Part shown: positions 36,330-50,139 of the stretch, piece by piece
How positions within the stretch are numbered: position 1 is the first letter of the stretch
Layout: each line of letters starts with the position of its first letter
Source of the DNA: Nageia nagi
Lineage: Eukaryota > Plantae > Pinophyta
Assembly (NCBI GenBank): GCA_050084985.1
Contig: JBITNC010000001.1
Coordinates: 57,288,001 to 57,352,000, forward strand
Length of the DNA: 64,000 bases
Direction: 5' to 3'
The notes under the pieces: model-generated
Told to the model about the DNA's origin: nothing
Database searches by the model: none
What the model saw: the letters and a program-made list of their open reading frames with translations, nothing else
Position numbers and translations under genes: made by a program

Positions 36330-39050
36330 ATCAATACCATATGCATCCTCTCTTTCATGTAATGTATTCATAATTACCTCATGTTCTTGCATTGAAATGT
36401 TCCACAACACTCTATTAGTAAGCCTCCCTTTATATTTGTATAGTTTAATGTTTGTTTCTAGTATCAAATGTGAATAGTGAATAATTTTATTATTTGCTTC
36501 ATAATCTTCACATGTTCCTAAACCATTCCTTCTTGATACTATTTTTCATAGCCATGTACCAACAACCACCATAGAACCTGTTGGGTACTCAAATCCATCG
36601 TCATCATGTTAAGGATAAGTTAACTTATATTTTCTCTCAACACATCAAGCAAACCAACACTCTAATTCCTCTTCATTCCCCTTAGGTGCCATAACACCAT
36701 ACCCATGTCTTACAAATAAAATTTATATCAATAAATTATGACATATAATACATCGATCCAACCAATAAAAAATTAGCATTCATATAAATAAACTAAAAAG
36801 AAGAGTTTAGATTGTATTAAATAACCTTCTTGTACAAGGTTAGAAACCTGATCATATTTCTTTGATGCAAAAAATTGATTATCATCTTCAAAGAATATTT
36901 CTTGTTGACCATGCACTTCTATAGGTGTTAAATATCTTTATTTCCATTCCTTAACCCATACTATATTTATAAATGCTTTTGATTCACCCACAATACAAGA
37001 ATCATAAAAACATACAAGCTCCCTTGTCTAAATAGTCCATGTGCTTGCATTTGAACTCCTAAATGAATGCCATTTTGTTGATCCATTAATTATCTCACAA
37101 TCATCATGACTCGAGATATTATTTTCTTCAACTAACCAAAAGAATCATCAAATTGTAGAATTCTCTTTTGATCCAATAGATATATTTGTATTACACCAAT
37201 CCATAATTGCACATGCATCTTGAAATTCTACTGAATCTTCAAATTTAAGTTGTTCTCTAGCAAGAGCTCTTTTCACACATGCACCAGCTCCATCATGTTT
37301 ACCTTTACCATGTTTATTTTCAAAAAAGACCATATATGTTGGATATTGTGTTCTCTATGAATCTTACTTAACTAATAAAACATTTTTGCATTCTTAAATT
37401 GTCCCATATAGTTATTTGAATATATCAAAGTTTGTGCCATTTGAATATTTCATTCCTTCAAATTTATATAGAATATCTTAAAATAAAATTGGATAAACTC
37501 TAGTGAGTGTAATCAGCTATCACTCACATAAAAAATGGTACTCCCTTAAAACTTTTCTATTATCTTTTGTACCATCATTTGCATGTCTATTTATAATATG
37601 AACAAAAATGGAAACTTGTTGAGAATTATAATACTGAGACTGTATTTCTTCTTGTGGTGCTAGAGTATAGTTTTATGCAAATTCTATGATTGATAATATA
37701 GTTCTATATGGAAATGTGTTTCTACATTGATGAAATTCACTATCAAGCCATTGAGCATGTTAGGAATGTTTCACATATTTTGGAATAAAGTTACTCTTAA
37801 AATCTTCCATAAATGAATGTACACTAACATTTTCAGTGATTAGATCAACACGCTTCCCATTTTTTCCATCCCTCAATGTGTAATCAACATTCTTGAATTT
37901 TTTATATCCACTAATATTTTTTCAAAATAATGTAAACTACTTTTATGCACAAATTATCCTAAAAATATAAGGTTCCCACATATAGTACATTATCCCAAAA
38001 TACATGCATTTGAATAAAATGATTGGCCATATGGAATTTGACAAAATAAACTTGCTATAAACACATTGATAGATTTAGGTGGCATATTAAAACCAAATCC
38101 CTACAATAAGTTGTTAGTATGCAAAGTGCCACATATATGTCAAAAAACTTGATAATAATATCTAAATTACATATGAGTTTTACAACATGTTATTCTTTGC
38201 TTGTTAATTCTAACATACCAAGGTTTACATTCCTCAAAAGATCTTTGAATTAGGCTAATATTAAAACTACTCAACATTTTCTCATTTACAAAGTTATTAT
38301 ACAATTAAGTTTGAGTCATATCTAAAAAGTGTTTTGCATGCTCAGGTTGATGATCTTTTGACCCTGGAGATTTCCTTTCTTTTAAAACATCTTTAATATT
38401 AGGAGATACCCTTGTATTATCATGCCAATATTTTTCAATTATGCATTTTTTCTCAATAGTCAATTTCCTATCAAACTTAGGAAGTCTACCACTAAAACTC
38501 CACTATTGGTTGATTGGATTAATTTCAATATGTTTTCTTCTCTTCATAGCTCTTCACAAAGTTTTATGGTGTTTATTTAGATATCCACTAAGATTACCAA
38601 TCATTTTTTTCTTTACAGTTGATCTATTTACTAAAGTAGTTGTTATGGCTCGTCATGCTGCATTCCTATCTTTAGATCGACTCTTCTTCCCAATAGATTC
38701 CATGGAACTAGCAAAAATGGATATAACTTGTTTTAAGGGTTCCTCTTTTTTCACACAAATACCTAAAGTTTTCATTACTCTTCTCATTTTTGACATTCTC
38801 ATTAATTGTAACATGAGTTGACATTGAAATTCTAACTCTTTATTAAGGAAAAATTAATCATATATTCTATTTCCATGTGTTCTCATTTATCTCATAGATA
38901 TCATACCAAGAACATTATATAAGATATTATCTTCACTACATAAAAAAAATTATATCATCATTATTATCAGTATTCTCATTCTCAATATCATTAACATGTG
39001 GATTCAAAGACATACCTATATTTATGTCCATAATTGGTACTCCAATGATA
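36330..39050 (-). pseudogene. Decayed DDD/E transposase, Sola2-like
   Basis: Motifs EFA*NYTLAPQEEIQSQYY..QVSI, YHFYVSD..H, YSNNYMGQFKN, FFE.KHGKGKHDGAGACVKR; many stops and frameshifts; probable intron about 36709-36825. Confidence 0.75.
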
Positions 39051-39369
39051 AGGGTTGGCTCACCAAAGTTTACTATAGAGGGAAAAAAAGGTAACATACA
39101 ATAATTAATTAGTGACTTGTTGAGGACTTAATCAAGTATTAAGCTAATAGTTAGTTGAAATTAAAGAAATTAAGTAACTGATATATAGTGGCATTATCTA
39201 AACTCAAGGAAAATAAAAAATTTAAACTCTAAACCCTTAAGACTTAAACAAACCAATATATAGTGTCATTATGTGACATATATATGCTTATCCTAATTTG
39301 AAGAGCATTAAACAGTTGATAGGACATAACATGTTTAGCCCCATTGATCAATTTTTATTTAACCTAATT

Positions 39370-40020
39370 AGCTAAACCTTGATAGGACATACAAACCTTA
39401 AACTTTAAACCCTAAATCCTAAACCCTTAAAATCTAAACCCTTAATCCAAGTAAACAAACCTAAGCACTAAAATATAAACCCTAAACCTTTAAGCCTTAA
39501 ACAAACCTAAATCCTTAAAAAAACATAAACCCTAAATCCTAAACCCTTAAGCCTTGAACAAACCTAAACCCTTAAATAAAAATAAACCCTAAAACCTAAA
39601 CCATTAAGCCTTAAACAAACCTAAGCACTAAAATCTAAACCCTAAAACCCTAAATCTTAAACCCTAAACCCTTACTTTCCCTAAACTGCTAAACTCTTAA
39701 ACCCTTAACCCTTACATTCTCAAACCCAAGCAACCTTAAAATCTTTAACCCCTTTAACATCATATTTTACCACATTAGTAAACATGTTAACCACTATAAC
39801 CTTATAAACCTAAACACTAAATTGTAAACCTATAACCCTACTAGACCCTAAAACCCTAACCTTAAACCCTTCAACTCTTTAACCCTAAACTCTTAAAACC
39901 TTTACCCTAAACCCTTAAAATCTTAAACCTTTAACTATTAAACTCTTAAACCCATGTAACCATTAAAATATTCAAACCTTTAACCATTAAACTCTAAACC
40001 TTAAACCTTAAACCCAAGTA
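39370..40020 (+). repeat. Degenerate telomere-like (AAACCCT)n tract inside the DNA transposon
   Basis: Dozens of AAACCCT/AAACCTT/AAATCCT variants. Confidence 0.85.
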
Positions 40021-43000
40021 ACCCCATTGGTCAAATGTCTAACCCTTTTTACAAAATGTTGAACCTCTTTGATTAAGTGGTCATATTAATCTCCTATTTG
40101 TTTGTGAAAATTAATCATACAACTATATGTTTGTAAATACTATTATATAAACTTTGATCATAGGTCCTACAATCCAATTTATTTTAAAAAGGATATTAAA
40201 AGACTTATCTATCTATCTATTCACTTCTAGACAAACTTTGAAAGGTCCTAAAAATAATTGTTGGTAAAGTTTTCAAACCTATTGGCCAAGTGGTCCTATT
40301 AATATGCTATGTTTGTGAGAAGCAATCATTCAACTATATGTTTGTAAATACTTTTGGATATACTTTGATAGGTCCTAGATATGAGCCATTATTAGTAATT
40401 CTCATAATTAAGGTTCTTAAGATAATTAATAGGAGTGTCAAATAGATTGATTACCTTTAGAGTTGTACTTGTAGCAAAATTATAAGAACTACTCTAAAAG
40501 TAGGAGTACAAACATGAGTTAGAGGTGTCATTTTAAGTGGTCTATGGAAGTAACATTTGAAAGTGGAAACAAGGCTAATCAATAATCCATGATCATATCA
40601 AGAGGAATTTATTAATTAAATAATTTCTCAATCATTTGAAGAAGTTCCATGAGAATGTTGAAAAACACCTAAAATTATAAAATGATATAAAGATTCAAAG
40701 ACATACTTGCATTTGTTTCCATATTCATTGAATTTTAAGCTTCATTCAATGGTGCATCATCTACAATCATATCTACATTCATGTTCTCTCCAATGTCCCC
40801 CTCTTTAATTGGGATGGAACTTTTAGGTACTTCATTACAATTTAGTTCTTTATTCTATGCTCTTTTTTCTCTTTTCCTTTTTGTATCTTTCTCTCTTTTT
40901 GCAAGAATATATTCAAATGACATGACCTTCCTTAATCTCTTTTTTTGGTATTTTTTTATCACCCATGATATTGATTAAATTTAGAAGTTTGCAAAATCAA
41001 TGCTCTATATGTTTAGAATATAATTGTAATTGCAATGATTACTTCAAGATTTAAGGCCTTAATTATCTTTGTAAAAAACTTAATTCAACTTCAAATTGAA
41101 TGAAATAGATTTCTTGGATCTCAACCTCAGTATATTGATTGAATAATGTGCATGCATATGATAAAACCAAATCAATTCCTACAAAAAATATCACTATCTA
41201 TTATACTGTAAGAATGGAAGAGAATGATGCAGAGAACATCTCTATCCAAGAAGTTGATTTTTTGTCTTAACAAATTAAAATATTTTAGAATCCCAATATG
41301 TTTAATGGCTAGAACATATTGGGATACTGATATATTCAAAATTCACATCCTATGTACCCCCACTCAAACCCGCCCACTAGCCTCAGATTTAGGCTTGAAA
41401 AAGGCTAGGTGAGCCAAACCTATGCCTTGGACCTAGAAGTAAATGTCCATGGTTGATTTCACTACAAAATTGTAACTTTGGGCATATATTTTATGTTGAT
41501 TTAAATTGAATCTTATCAAGAAACTGAACCCATTTTAGATGAAAGAGTGATGAATTCAAATATGTATTTTTTTTAAAAATTGGAGTATATTTTATATTTT
41601 TATATTAATTTTTGGTGAAATTGGTCCATATACTTGAAATATGATGATCTTGTATTTTCCTAATAAGTTTTGTTTTTTGAGAGTTATGAAAAATAATTAT
41701 ATAGAGAAAAACTTCATAGAATTCTCTATAAGATTAATTTTTTTTTAAAGATTAAGTTTAGATCAAATTATACTAGATAGATACAAGCACTATTCGAAAC
41801 TACAAACATGCTTGGTACAAAATTAATAAAAAAAATACTAATTAAAAATATCCAATACAAGCTTTGATGTCTTAGGTATCTTTTCCTAAAAGGATTTTAA
41901 AAAATACATTGATTACAATCAAATTATGTGATACAAACACATGCATAGTATGGCCCAAAAATGTTTTTTTTGTTTTTAAAGTAGTTTTTTTTTCATCCTA
42001 TCAAATTTTAAATTTTATGATTTGGGTATTGGAATAAATTATATAATTGAAAACTAAACTCTAACCACTACATTTTCACCGTAATTATCTTTTTCATGTT
42101 TCAATGTCTAAGTGCTTCAAATTTTGAGATCAATCATACCCAAACTTGAAAATAAAGGAAAACATTTCCATTTTTTGGCCTTAAAGTGGACCCAACTTCT
42201 TACACCCACTCGTCATCCAAATGGATTGAGTGAAAGTTTAGGGGAGACCATGTATTTTTCTTCTATAATAGAAAAAATAATTTTCTATATTGCTTCTTTC
42301 TCCCTAAGGAGATTAGTGATTCACCAAAGAATAAAACATATCTAAAGGTTATTTTCTTATTGTTAAGGCTTCCTACCCAATCTGCATTTATGTATGCTAT
42401 CAAATCTTCAAAATTGGTAACTTTGTACCAAAGTCAATGATTCTTGGTGCCACCAACATAGCAAAGAATTATCTTAGCTACTTTCCAATCAATATTATCT
42501 TCATGAGACACGTGTGGAAAATGCATATATTTGTATCATATCAAGTTTTGTAGCTATGAGATACATGATGCTACTAATAAGTGACCTATACAAGGCTACA
42601 TTCACAAGAGGAGTGGAATCCTGTTTCATCAATTTGCAACCAATGACTATTGGTATAGCAACTAGTTTGCAGTACTTAATGGAAAACCTAACAAGCATGT
42701 TATTATACTTGGCATGAGTGATGAAGATGTTGGTAGACTAATGAACTTTCATACCCAAAAAATATTGCATTTCACCAAGATCACTCATCTCAAATTCATT
42801 CACCATGTTAGTCTTGAACTAGTGCAACACAAAAGTGAAAGTGCTCATGAAGATAATATAATCAACATGCAAATAAATGATGATAAAGTTAGATCCAAAT
42901 GCCTTAGTGTATAGTTTCACTTCTACTAAACACCTATAATAACCATTTTGGATAAATTAGGTGTGAATCCAAGAGTTCCATAATCTTGATGCTTTCTTGA

Positions 43001-46000
43001 TCTTGTAAAGATAATTATTTAAATTGTACACTTTATCTTCATGACCAACAATTATGAATCCTTAGGGTTGAGCCACATACACTTCTTGTATGTCACAATT
43101 GAGGAAGGTTGATTTAACATCCATTTGATACATAATAAAAAAAACATGGGATGCTAGCACTAGGAGGGATATGCTTGTCTCTAATATGGTAACTAGAGTA
43201 AAAGTATACTCATAATCCATACATTATTTCTATATATAGCTTTATGCTACCAAGAATACTTTATTTTTAGTGATGTTGCTATCAATATTATGCTTGAGCT
43301 TATAGATCCACTTGACAATAATGACATTCTTGTTCATTGGAGAAGGGAGAAGCTCCCAAGAGTCATTTCTCTTGATCTTCTCAATCTCATATTCTATCGC
43401 CAGGTGCTAGTATTCATTCATCATTGCTTCCTTGAACTTAGTCAACTCAACAAAAGAAGAGGACATCAAGGTATAGTTGGTGATGTGATCATCCCCTTGA
43501 TTATTGTTGGGTCACTCTCATGGTGAAATTATTATCCAACATTTAATATTATGGATGATATCTGGTGATTGTTTTCTTAGGTACTATGTTAGTGCAAGAG
43601 GGAGTGGTCTTCATGGGGATGTTCAACTATTGAGGCTATAAAGGATCAACAAGATCATTGGTGTTGGAGTATTCAAACTTTTGAGTGATGAATAGTCCAT
43701 CAAACTCCTTCTTATATGCTCTACCTTCATTAAAGATCACATCCTAACTAATGTGCATGTTTTGGGCAATGAAATTATAACATATTTAGGCTTTGTATTA
43801 ATTATAATATCTCATAAATATAAATTTGATGTATTTACCATCTAATTTATTTATTTTTTTCTTTAGGAACATGCATGTAGCATACAAAGCCAAAGATTCA
43901 CAAATATGCTAAACTTGGCTTCTTATTAAAAAAAATTCATAAGGGCTTGAATCCTACATGATTCTCATAGGATAATGATTCAATATGTAGATAATTGCAT
44001 GAACAAATTTACCCCATAATGTATTGTCCATGCCCATCTCATTAAGCATGCTTCAATCCATCTCAATCAATATCTAATTATTACGCTAAACAACTCCATT
44101 ATGTTGAGGAGTTTATGTTACTATGTACTATTTCATGATTCCATATTGGTTTTTGATGTCTTTGAATTCATTAGAATTAAATTCACCACCATGGTCTATA
44201 CAAAACTTCTTGATGTAGTAGCCATGATACTAGTTTTCTACCAAGGCTTTAAACTTGGTGAAATAGTTAAAAGCATCCAATGTTTCTTGCAATAAATAAA
44301 ACCAACTCATCCTAGAGAAATTGTTAGTAAATATGATCTTATACCTACACTTAGTGAGGGTCAAAATCTACATAGGTCCATAAACATTGACATGCACCAA
44401 GTCTAATGGCTTATGGGTGAGATTTTGGTGGCAAGGAAATTTCTCATGATGCTGTTTGTTGAATATGCATCTCTCACATAGTGTATCTAATGGAAGTGAG
44501 GTTATTATACCTCTCACAAGCTTTGGGAATCCTTTTAGTTGGTTGAAGTTATTATGGACACATCACTTATGCCATAGCTAAGTAGAATCTAATGTGGTGT
44601 TTAGGCATTTGATGGAGGTTGGCTCAATGGAAATATGACTAACACACTATTTCCTTATATGACAAGATCTCTTGAAAGCTCTCATTCTCAACATTTCAAA
44701 AGCATAAAATAATGGCAATCTTACAAATTTGACACCAATATAAAGTGGTTCCTCCAATATTGGGAGTACATCAACTAATCTAAGATTGTTTCTCAAAGAG
44801 AACTCTCTTACAACTCATTTTCTTACTTCTCCTACAACCCAACCAAGAGAATAACTTTGATCCAAACTTATTGTAGCAATAATGAGGGTAAGTCCTCTAT
44901 TTATAGGTGGAATCCATATGTTGGTTCAACCTAATATCTAAGGTGCACACCAATACCTAATGGTCAAGCTTTCCTATTATCTTTATGGATAAGATTGCCT
45001 TACAAGTGGGTGGTGTGTGGAGACAAGTCTTCTTAATTCTTTATAAAGTATTTAAGTGGATAATATTAAAGAGGTTATATTTTGTTTTCTAGATACCTAA
45101 AAAAATATGCATTATACATTTTAACACTCCCCCTTAATGCAATATTAGGGTAGAGCAAAGAAGGAGAGAAGAAAGAGAGAGTTCTCCTCCATAGATTCAA
45201 TTAGAGATGAGAAAATTTACATCTGTGAGAAATAATTAAGATCTTAGATTGAGACTCACTACTTTACCATTTGAAAAAAATGGTTTACAACATAATCACT
45301 AATCATAACTGGTTTCATTGTATAAAGTAGTCATTCAATAATAAGTTGAAATGATGAGCCTCCATGAGCCTGCCCACCCAAAGTAAGTAACCTGCATTCT
45401 TAAGAAGAGACCTACAAGCTATAAGCAACTTATAAACAAGATTAGTTAGATGAATCATATAAATATTCATATCAATATAATATAAATGAATCAATTAATG
45501 TTATTCTTAAATTGATCAATTATGTATTATAAGTCATTACAAAGATGCCAAGCCAATACTTATAGTCACATGTATACAAAATATTTGCTGATTATCATCA
45601 CAAATAGAGCATAACAAAATTTGCATACAAATTTCTCACACATGGATAACTGAACAATGCTAAAGGATACATATGAGTTTCTCACATATGGATAACTAAT
45701 TAGTGCAAAAAAGATTCATTATATACACATATGAGTTCCCCCCATATGGATAAATAAATAGTGCTAGCGATGGTCAATCATATATGCTAAACAAGTTCCT
45801 CACATAAAGCAAACTAACCACGAAGGTGTACTTAACAAAATCAACACTATACAACCATAAAATCCACCTAAGGATGAATTTGTCATCACAAATGAATTCA
45901 ACAAGAATTCAATCTTCACTCCCCCTTGAGGGAAACTTCATCAACCCAATAGAATCCCTAAGATTACTAAAATGAGGTTCAAAAAGGGGCTTGGTGAAAA

Positions 46001-46399
46001 AATCAGTGAAGTTTAGGATTGATGGAAAATACTGCAATTGTAGAATACCATTTGGAACCTTCTCCTTGATAAAATATCCTTGGATTTCAACATGTTTTAT
46101 TCTTTGATAAAACATAGGGTTCTTTGCTAAAGTAATGGTTGAGTAATTATTTGAAGAAATATAAAATGGATGAGGCTACTCATAACCAATTTTTTTAGAA
46201 TATACCTTAACCAAATAGCTTCTTAGGCTACAACTAACATGGAATGATATTCTACCTCTATGATGGTGAGAGCAATAGTAGGTCACTTCTTGGAAGCCCA
46301 AGAGATAGCACTTGAACCAATGCTAAACACATATGTAGAGGTTGATTTCATGTCATCTCTATCTCCTCCATAATCATAATCTAAGAACCCTAAGAGCAA

Positions 46400-47640
46400 A
46401 AATAAGAGAAATTTGTAATAGTTGAGAGCAAGGTTATGCGTAAGGAATTTTGGTGAATCAAAATATATAAATAATGATGAATTTTTTTTGAAATATTGGT
46501 GATTTTATCCCAAAAATTGTAGAAGTAATGGGGATATTTTAAATTTTAAAGAACTATGTTATAAAAAATTGGCTAGTTGATATCATTTTCTAAAAAAAGG
46601 TAAAAATTATAGGCAACTTTGAAATATTAATTTATATCAAACAATCATATTGATAATGATCATATGCTTATGTTTAGTAATAAGATACTCATATTTAGTA
46701 AAATGATGCTCATATTCTACAATAATTTACTTGTCTTCAGTAACAAGTCACTCCTCTTTCATAATAAGTAATTGGTCTTCAGCAACAAAGTCACCCATGT
46801 TTAGTACCATCTTGCTTATCTTTAGTAACAATTCACTCATCTTGAGTAACAAGTTGCTCATTTTCAGTAACAAGTCACTCATATTTAGTAATAAGTTGCT
46901 AATATTCAATAACAAGTTACTTGTAATTAATAACAATATGCTCATTTTCATTATCAAGTTGCTTATATTTATTAACAAGTCACTCATTTGTAGTAACAAC
47001 TCACTTATATGCAGTAACAAGTCACTCATATTCAGTTAAAAAAGACTCTGGCCTTCACTAACATGTCACTCATATTTAATAACAAGTTTCTTATCTTCAA
47101 TAACAAGTTTCTCATCCATGGTAACAAGTCTCTTATCTTTAGTAACAAGTCGCTCATATTTAGTAACAAATCACTTATCTTTAGTAATAAGACACTCATC
47201 TTTAGTAACAAGTCACTCATATTTAGTAACAAGTTGCTCATCTTCAGTAACAAGATTCTCATCTTTAGTAATAAGTCATTTTTCTTCTATAACAAATCAC
47301 TTTTATTCTCCTTTTATAGTATGGTATTATTTTCTTTTAGATATGCATTCTTTTTCCTATAGAACTTAGGTCCAATAGGCGATTTGTTCAAAGAAATTAA
47401 AAATATCTATAAAATATAGATGATAAGGTATGAATTTGGGGGGGGGGGGGTATATTTGGCTAATTTATATAAAAAATACTTTGAAGTTATAAAATTTTGG
47501 CTAACTAAGAAAAAAAATAAACTTAAAAAAATTAGACTACTTAGGCTTGGGCTGATGAGGATAAAAATAGCAAATTAAATAATTAAAAATCCTAAAAAAT
47601 AGCCATTTTGCAATAAATAGCCACTATGAATTTCCCTTTT
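46400..47640. mobile_element. Non-autonomous Mutator-like (MULE) insertion in copia B
   Basis: Perfect 9-bp TSD TAAGAGCAA (46391-46399 / 47641-47649); degenerate TIR AAGAGAAATTTGTAATAG / rc AAGGGAAATTCATAGTGG; host rejoins as LLLGFLDYDYGGDRDD. Confidence 0.75.
46730..47305. repeat. 21-bp minisatellite (AGTAACAAGTCACTCATATTT) inside the MULE-like insert
   Basis: About 25 tandem units; produces heptad ORFs on both strands. Confidence 0.92.
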
Positions 47641-49060
47641 TAAGAGCAAGATCTTTCATTCTCGCAACATACCTCAAGATTTGCTTAACAACATTGAGGT
47701 GCTTAACATACAATTTTTGCATAAATTATGCTATCATATTTACCATAAAAGCAATATCTAACATAGAGATAGTCAAATATAGTAGACTACCAATTAATTT
47801 CCTGTAAGTTGTAGCATCTACCAACTAAGAGTTGGAGCTAATATATAAAATGATTCCAAGAGAGATTGAGATTGTAAAAGTTTGCACTCTTCCATTCTAG
47901 ATTTTTGCAAAATATCTAATATATACTTGGATTGACTAAGTACAATACCTATATTGGTATATTTGCATTCTAAGGTAGTAGTGGAAGAGATCAAGATCAA
48001 TAATATCAAATGTTTTCTTAAGTTTGGATATGCACTCTTGGATGATTTTGATATTATTTCTCATGATCAGAAGATCATATATATAGAGAAGAATCAAAAT
48101 TAAGTTTTATCCTTGATTGAGCATATAGAGATCTATTTTGAAAAAGCACTTAGAGAACCCAATGTTTGCAAAGTATCATGAAATATTTTTATCCCAAGCT
48201 CTAGGTGCTTGCTTGAGTACATGTAATTACTTTTTTAGCTTGCATACAAGTGACTCTTTGGATTCCATAATAAACCCTTTTGGTTGATTCATATATATTT
48301 TCACATCTAAGTTACCATTGAAAAAAGCACTCTTGACATTAAGTTGAAAAAATTTCCATCTCTTAGCTACTGAAAGGGAAAGGATTATCCTTAATATGGG
48401 CATTTTTTCCACTAGAGCAAAGGTTTTCTCATAATCAACTCCATATTTCTAAGTGAAGTCCTTTGCTCCTAACCTTGCCTTGTATTTCTCAATTTTCCTA
48501 ATTGAATTGTATTTGACCTTGTAAATCCACTTGTTATCAATCATATTTCATTTATTGGGATAGGGAACCAAGTACCAAGTTTTATTTTTTATAAGAATCT
48601 CATACTCTAATTTCATGGCTTCCATCCAACACTCATGTTTTTAAGCTTCCTTGAATGATGGGGGTTCATTTTTGTTATCAATTTTGGTAAATAATGATTT
48701 GTTTAAGATCATACTTCTTGTTATCCTTTGTGTTAAAGAATTTTGCTCCTAATATGAATTATTTACACTGACACCCACCAAGTTAGGTGTAATACAAGAG
48801 TCATCAACATCATACAAGTCCTCATAGGAAGCAACTTCCTCAAGTAGTTCATTGAACTTTATATCTAGCGAGATGAACACTACTCTATAGGAAGGAGAGT
48901 AGAGCCTGTAACCTCTATGTTGATTGTCATAGGCCAAAAAGATACCCTTTTCATATCTTTTATTCAATTTCTTTCTTTTATTTGAAATAATGAAGGCATA
49001 GAAATCACATCTAAAAACCCTAAGGTGAGCAATGTTAGGTTTCTTTTCTTTCCATACCTC

Positions 49061-50139
49061 CACTACTAAATATACCTTGATTTGCATCTTTTTTTGTGTC
49101 TAAACATAGTGTATATATTTTTTGAATTGCAACACCAAAAATTGATGCAAATATTTGATATAACTGGCACAATAGTTTTTACATCCCTTTTTATGTTAGA
49201 TTTGTGTTGAATTTTTGCATCAAAGTTTCCATCAAATTGCTAGTTTTTATGTCAATTTTTTGCATCAAATTTTTAGAATTTGTGTCAATTTTTATCAATT
49301 TTTTAGAATTTACATCAATTTTTGCATTAAGTTTTACAAGAAAATATTATAGAATTGTATATCTTTTAATTCTATGTAATGTTTTTAAAAAGGTCTCAAA
49401 ACGATATCTAGATCAAAAGTTACGACCTCTGCAAGGTACATCATTTTTATTAGGTCTTTGGGGTTTTGACATTGGTCTATTAAACTAATTCAAGAATGGG
49501 GTTAGTGTTTTAGGTTTTAAAAATTTGAATTTGTTGTATATATTTTTCCTAAATAATACAAAAAAGTTTTTAATGTTATTTTCTATTTCTTATTATCTTC
49601 TTCTTTATTGGTCTTCAAAGGAGTTTTCTTTTTTGCAACTGAATATTTCTCTGCCATTAGTTTTTCTTTTGTGGGTTTATTCTCTATGGGCATCTTCTCT
49701 ACCTTGGGTGCCATAGCTACAATCAAAACATAAAATCTAAGGAAGAAAAAAATTAGCTAAAGTCTATGAAATGTGAGGATTATGGGGAGGGTTTGTTCAT
49801 ATATATAAATAAGAGAGGGTATTTGGCTATTGGGTAATCACTTTTGGTACATATGGAGGATAAAGTGAATGTGAGCTATTGATTGGTTGATTGATAAAAA
49901 TGTAACATGTGTTTTAAATTTTTTAGTGAAATGCAATGCAAAATTTGCATTGAAATGTGCATTGAAATTTCATCAATTTTTATGTCAAAATTTACATCAA
50001 TTTTTGCATCAAAAAGTGAAAAATGGGGGAAAAATTAAAATGATGCATATTAATGTAGGAGGACATAAATTAACATTGGTTTTAATCTTTCATGTTTGAA
50101 TATGAAAAAAGGATGCAAATTGACCTTTTAGTGGTAGTG
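49061..50139. mobile_element. Non-autonomous CACTA (En/Spm) element in the copia B integrase
   Basis: Termini CACTAC...GTAGTG, subterminal inverted ATTTGCATC, 3-bp TSD CTC; host rejoins as KTPYEVWKEKKPNIAHLRVF. Confidence 0.9.

Larger units (their letters stand above)
25745..42211 (-). mobile_element. Large DNA transposon with Sola2-like transposase inserted in the RNase H of copia A
   Basis: Imperfect TIRs GGTTGGAAGCAAGAAGTTAGGTCTACTTAAAG / rc GAGTGGGTGTAAGAAGTTGGGTCCACTTTAAG; degraded 4-bp TSD ATTA/GTCA; host reading frame resumes across the ends. Confidence 0.7.

Noticed and set aside
39370-40020. True telomere or chromosome-fusion site
   Set aside because: Highly degenerate, single orientation and internal to a transposon.
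46731-47369. Leucine-zipper-like ORFs as host genes
   Set aside because: Products of a 21-bp tandem repeat inside a transposon insert; open on both strands.
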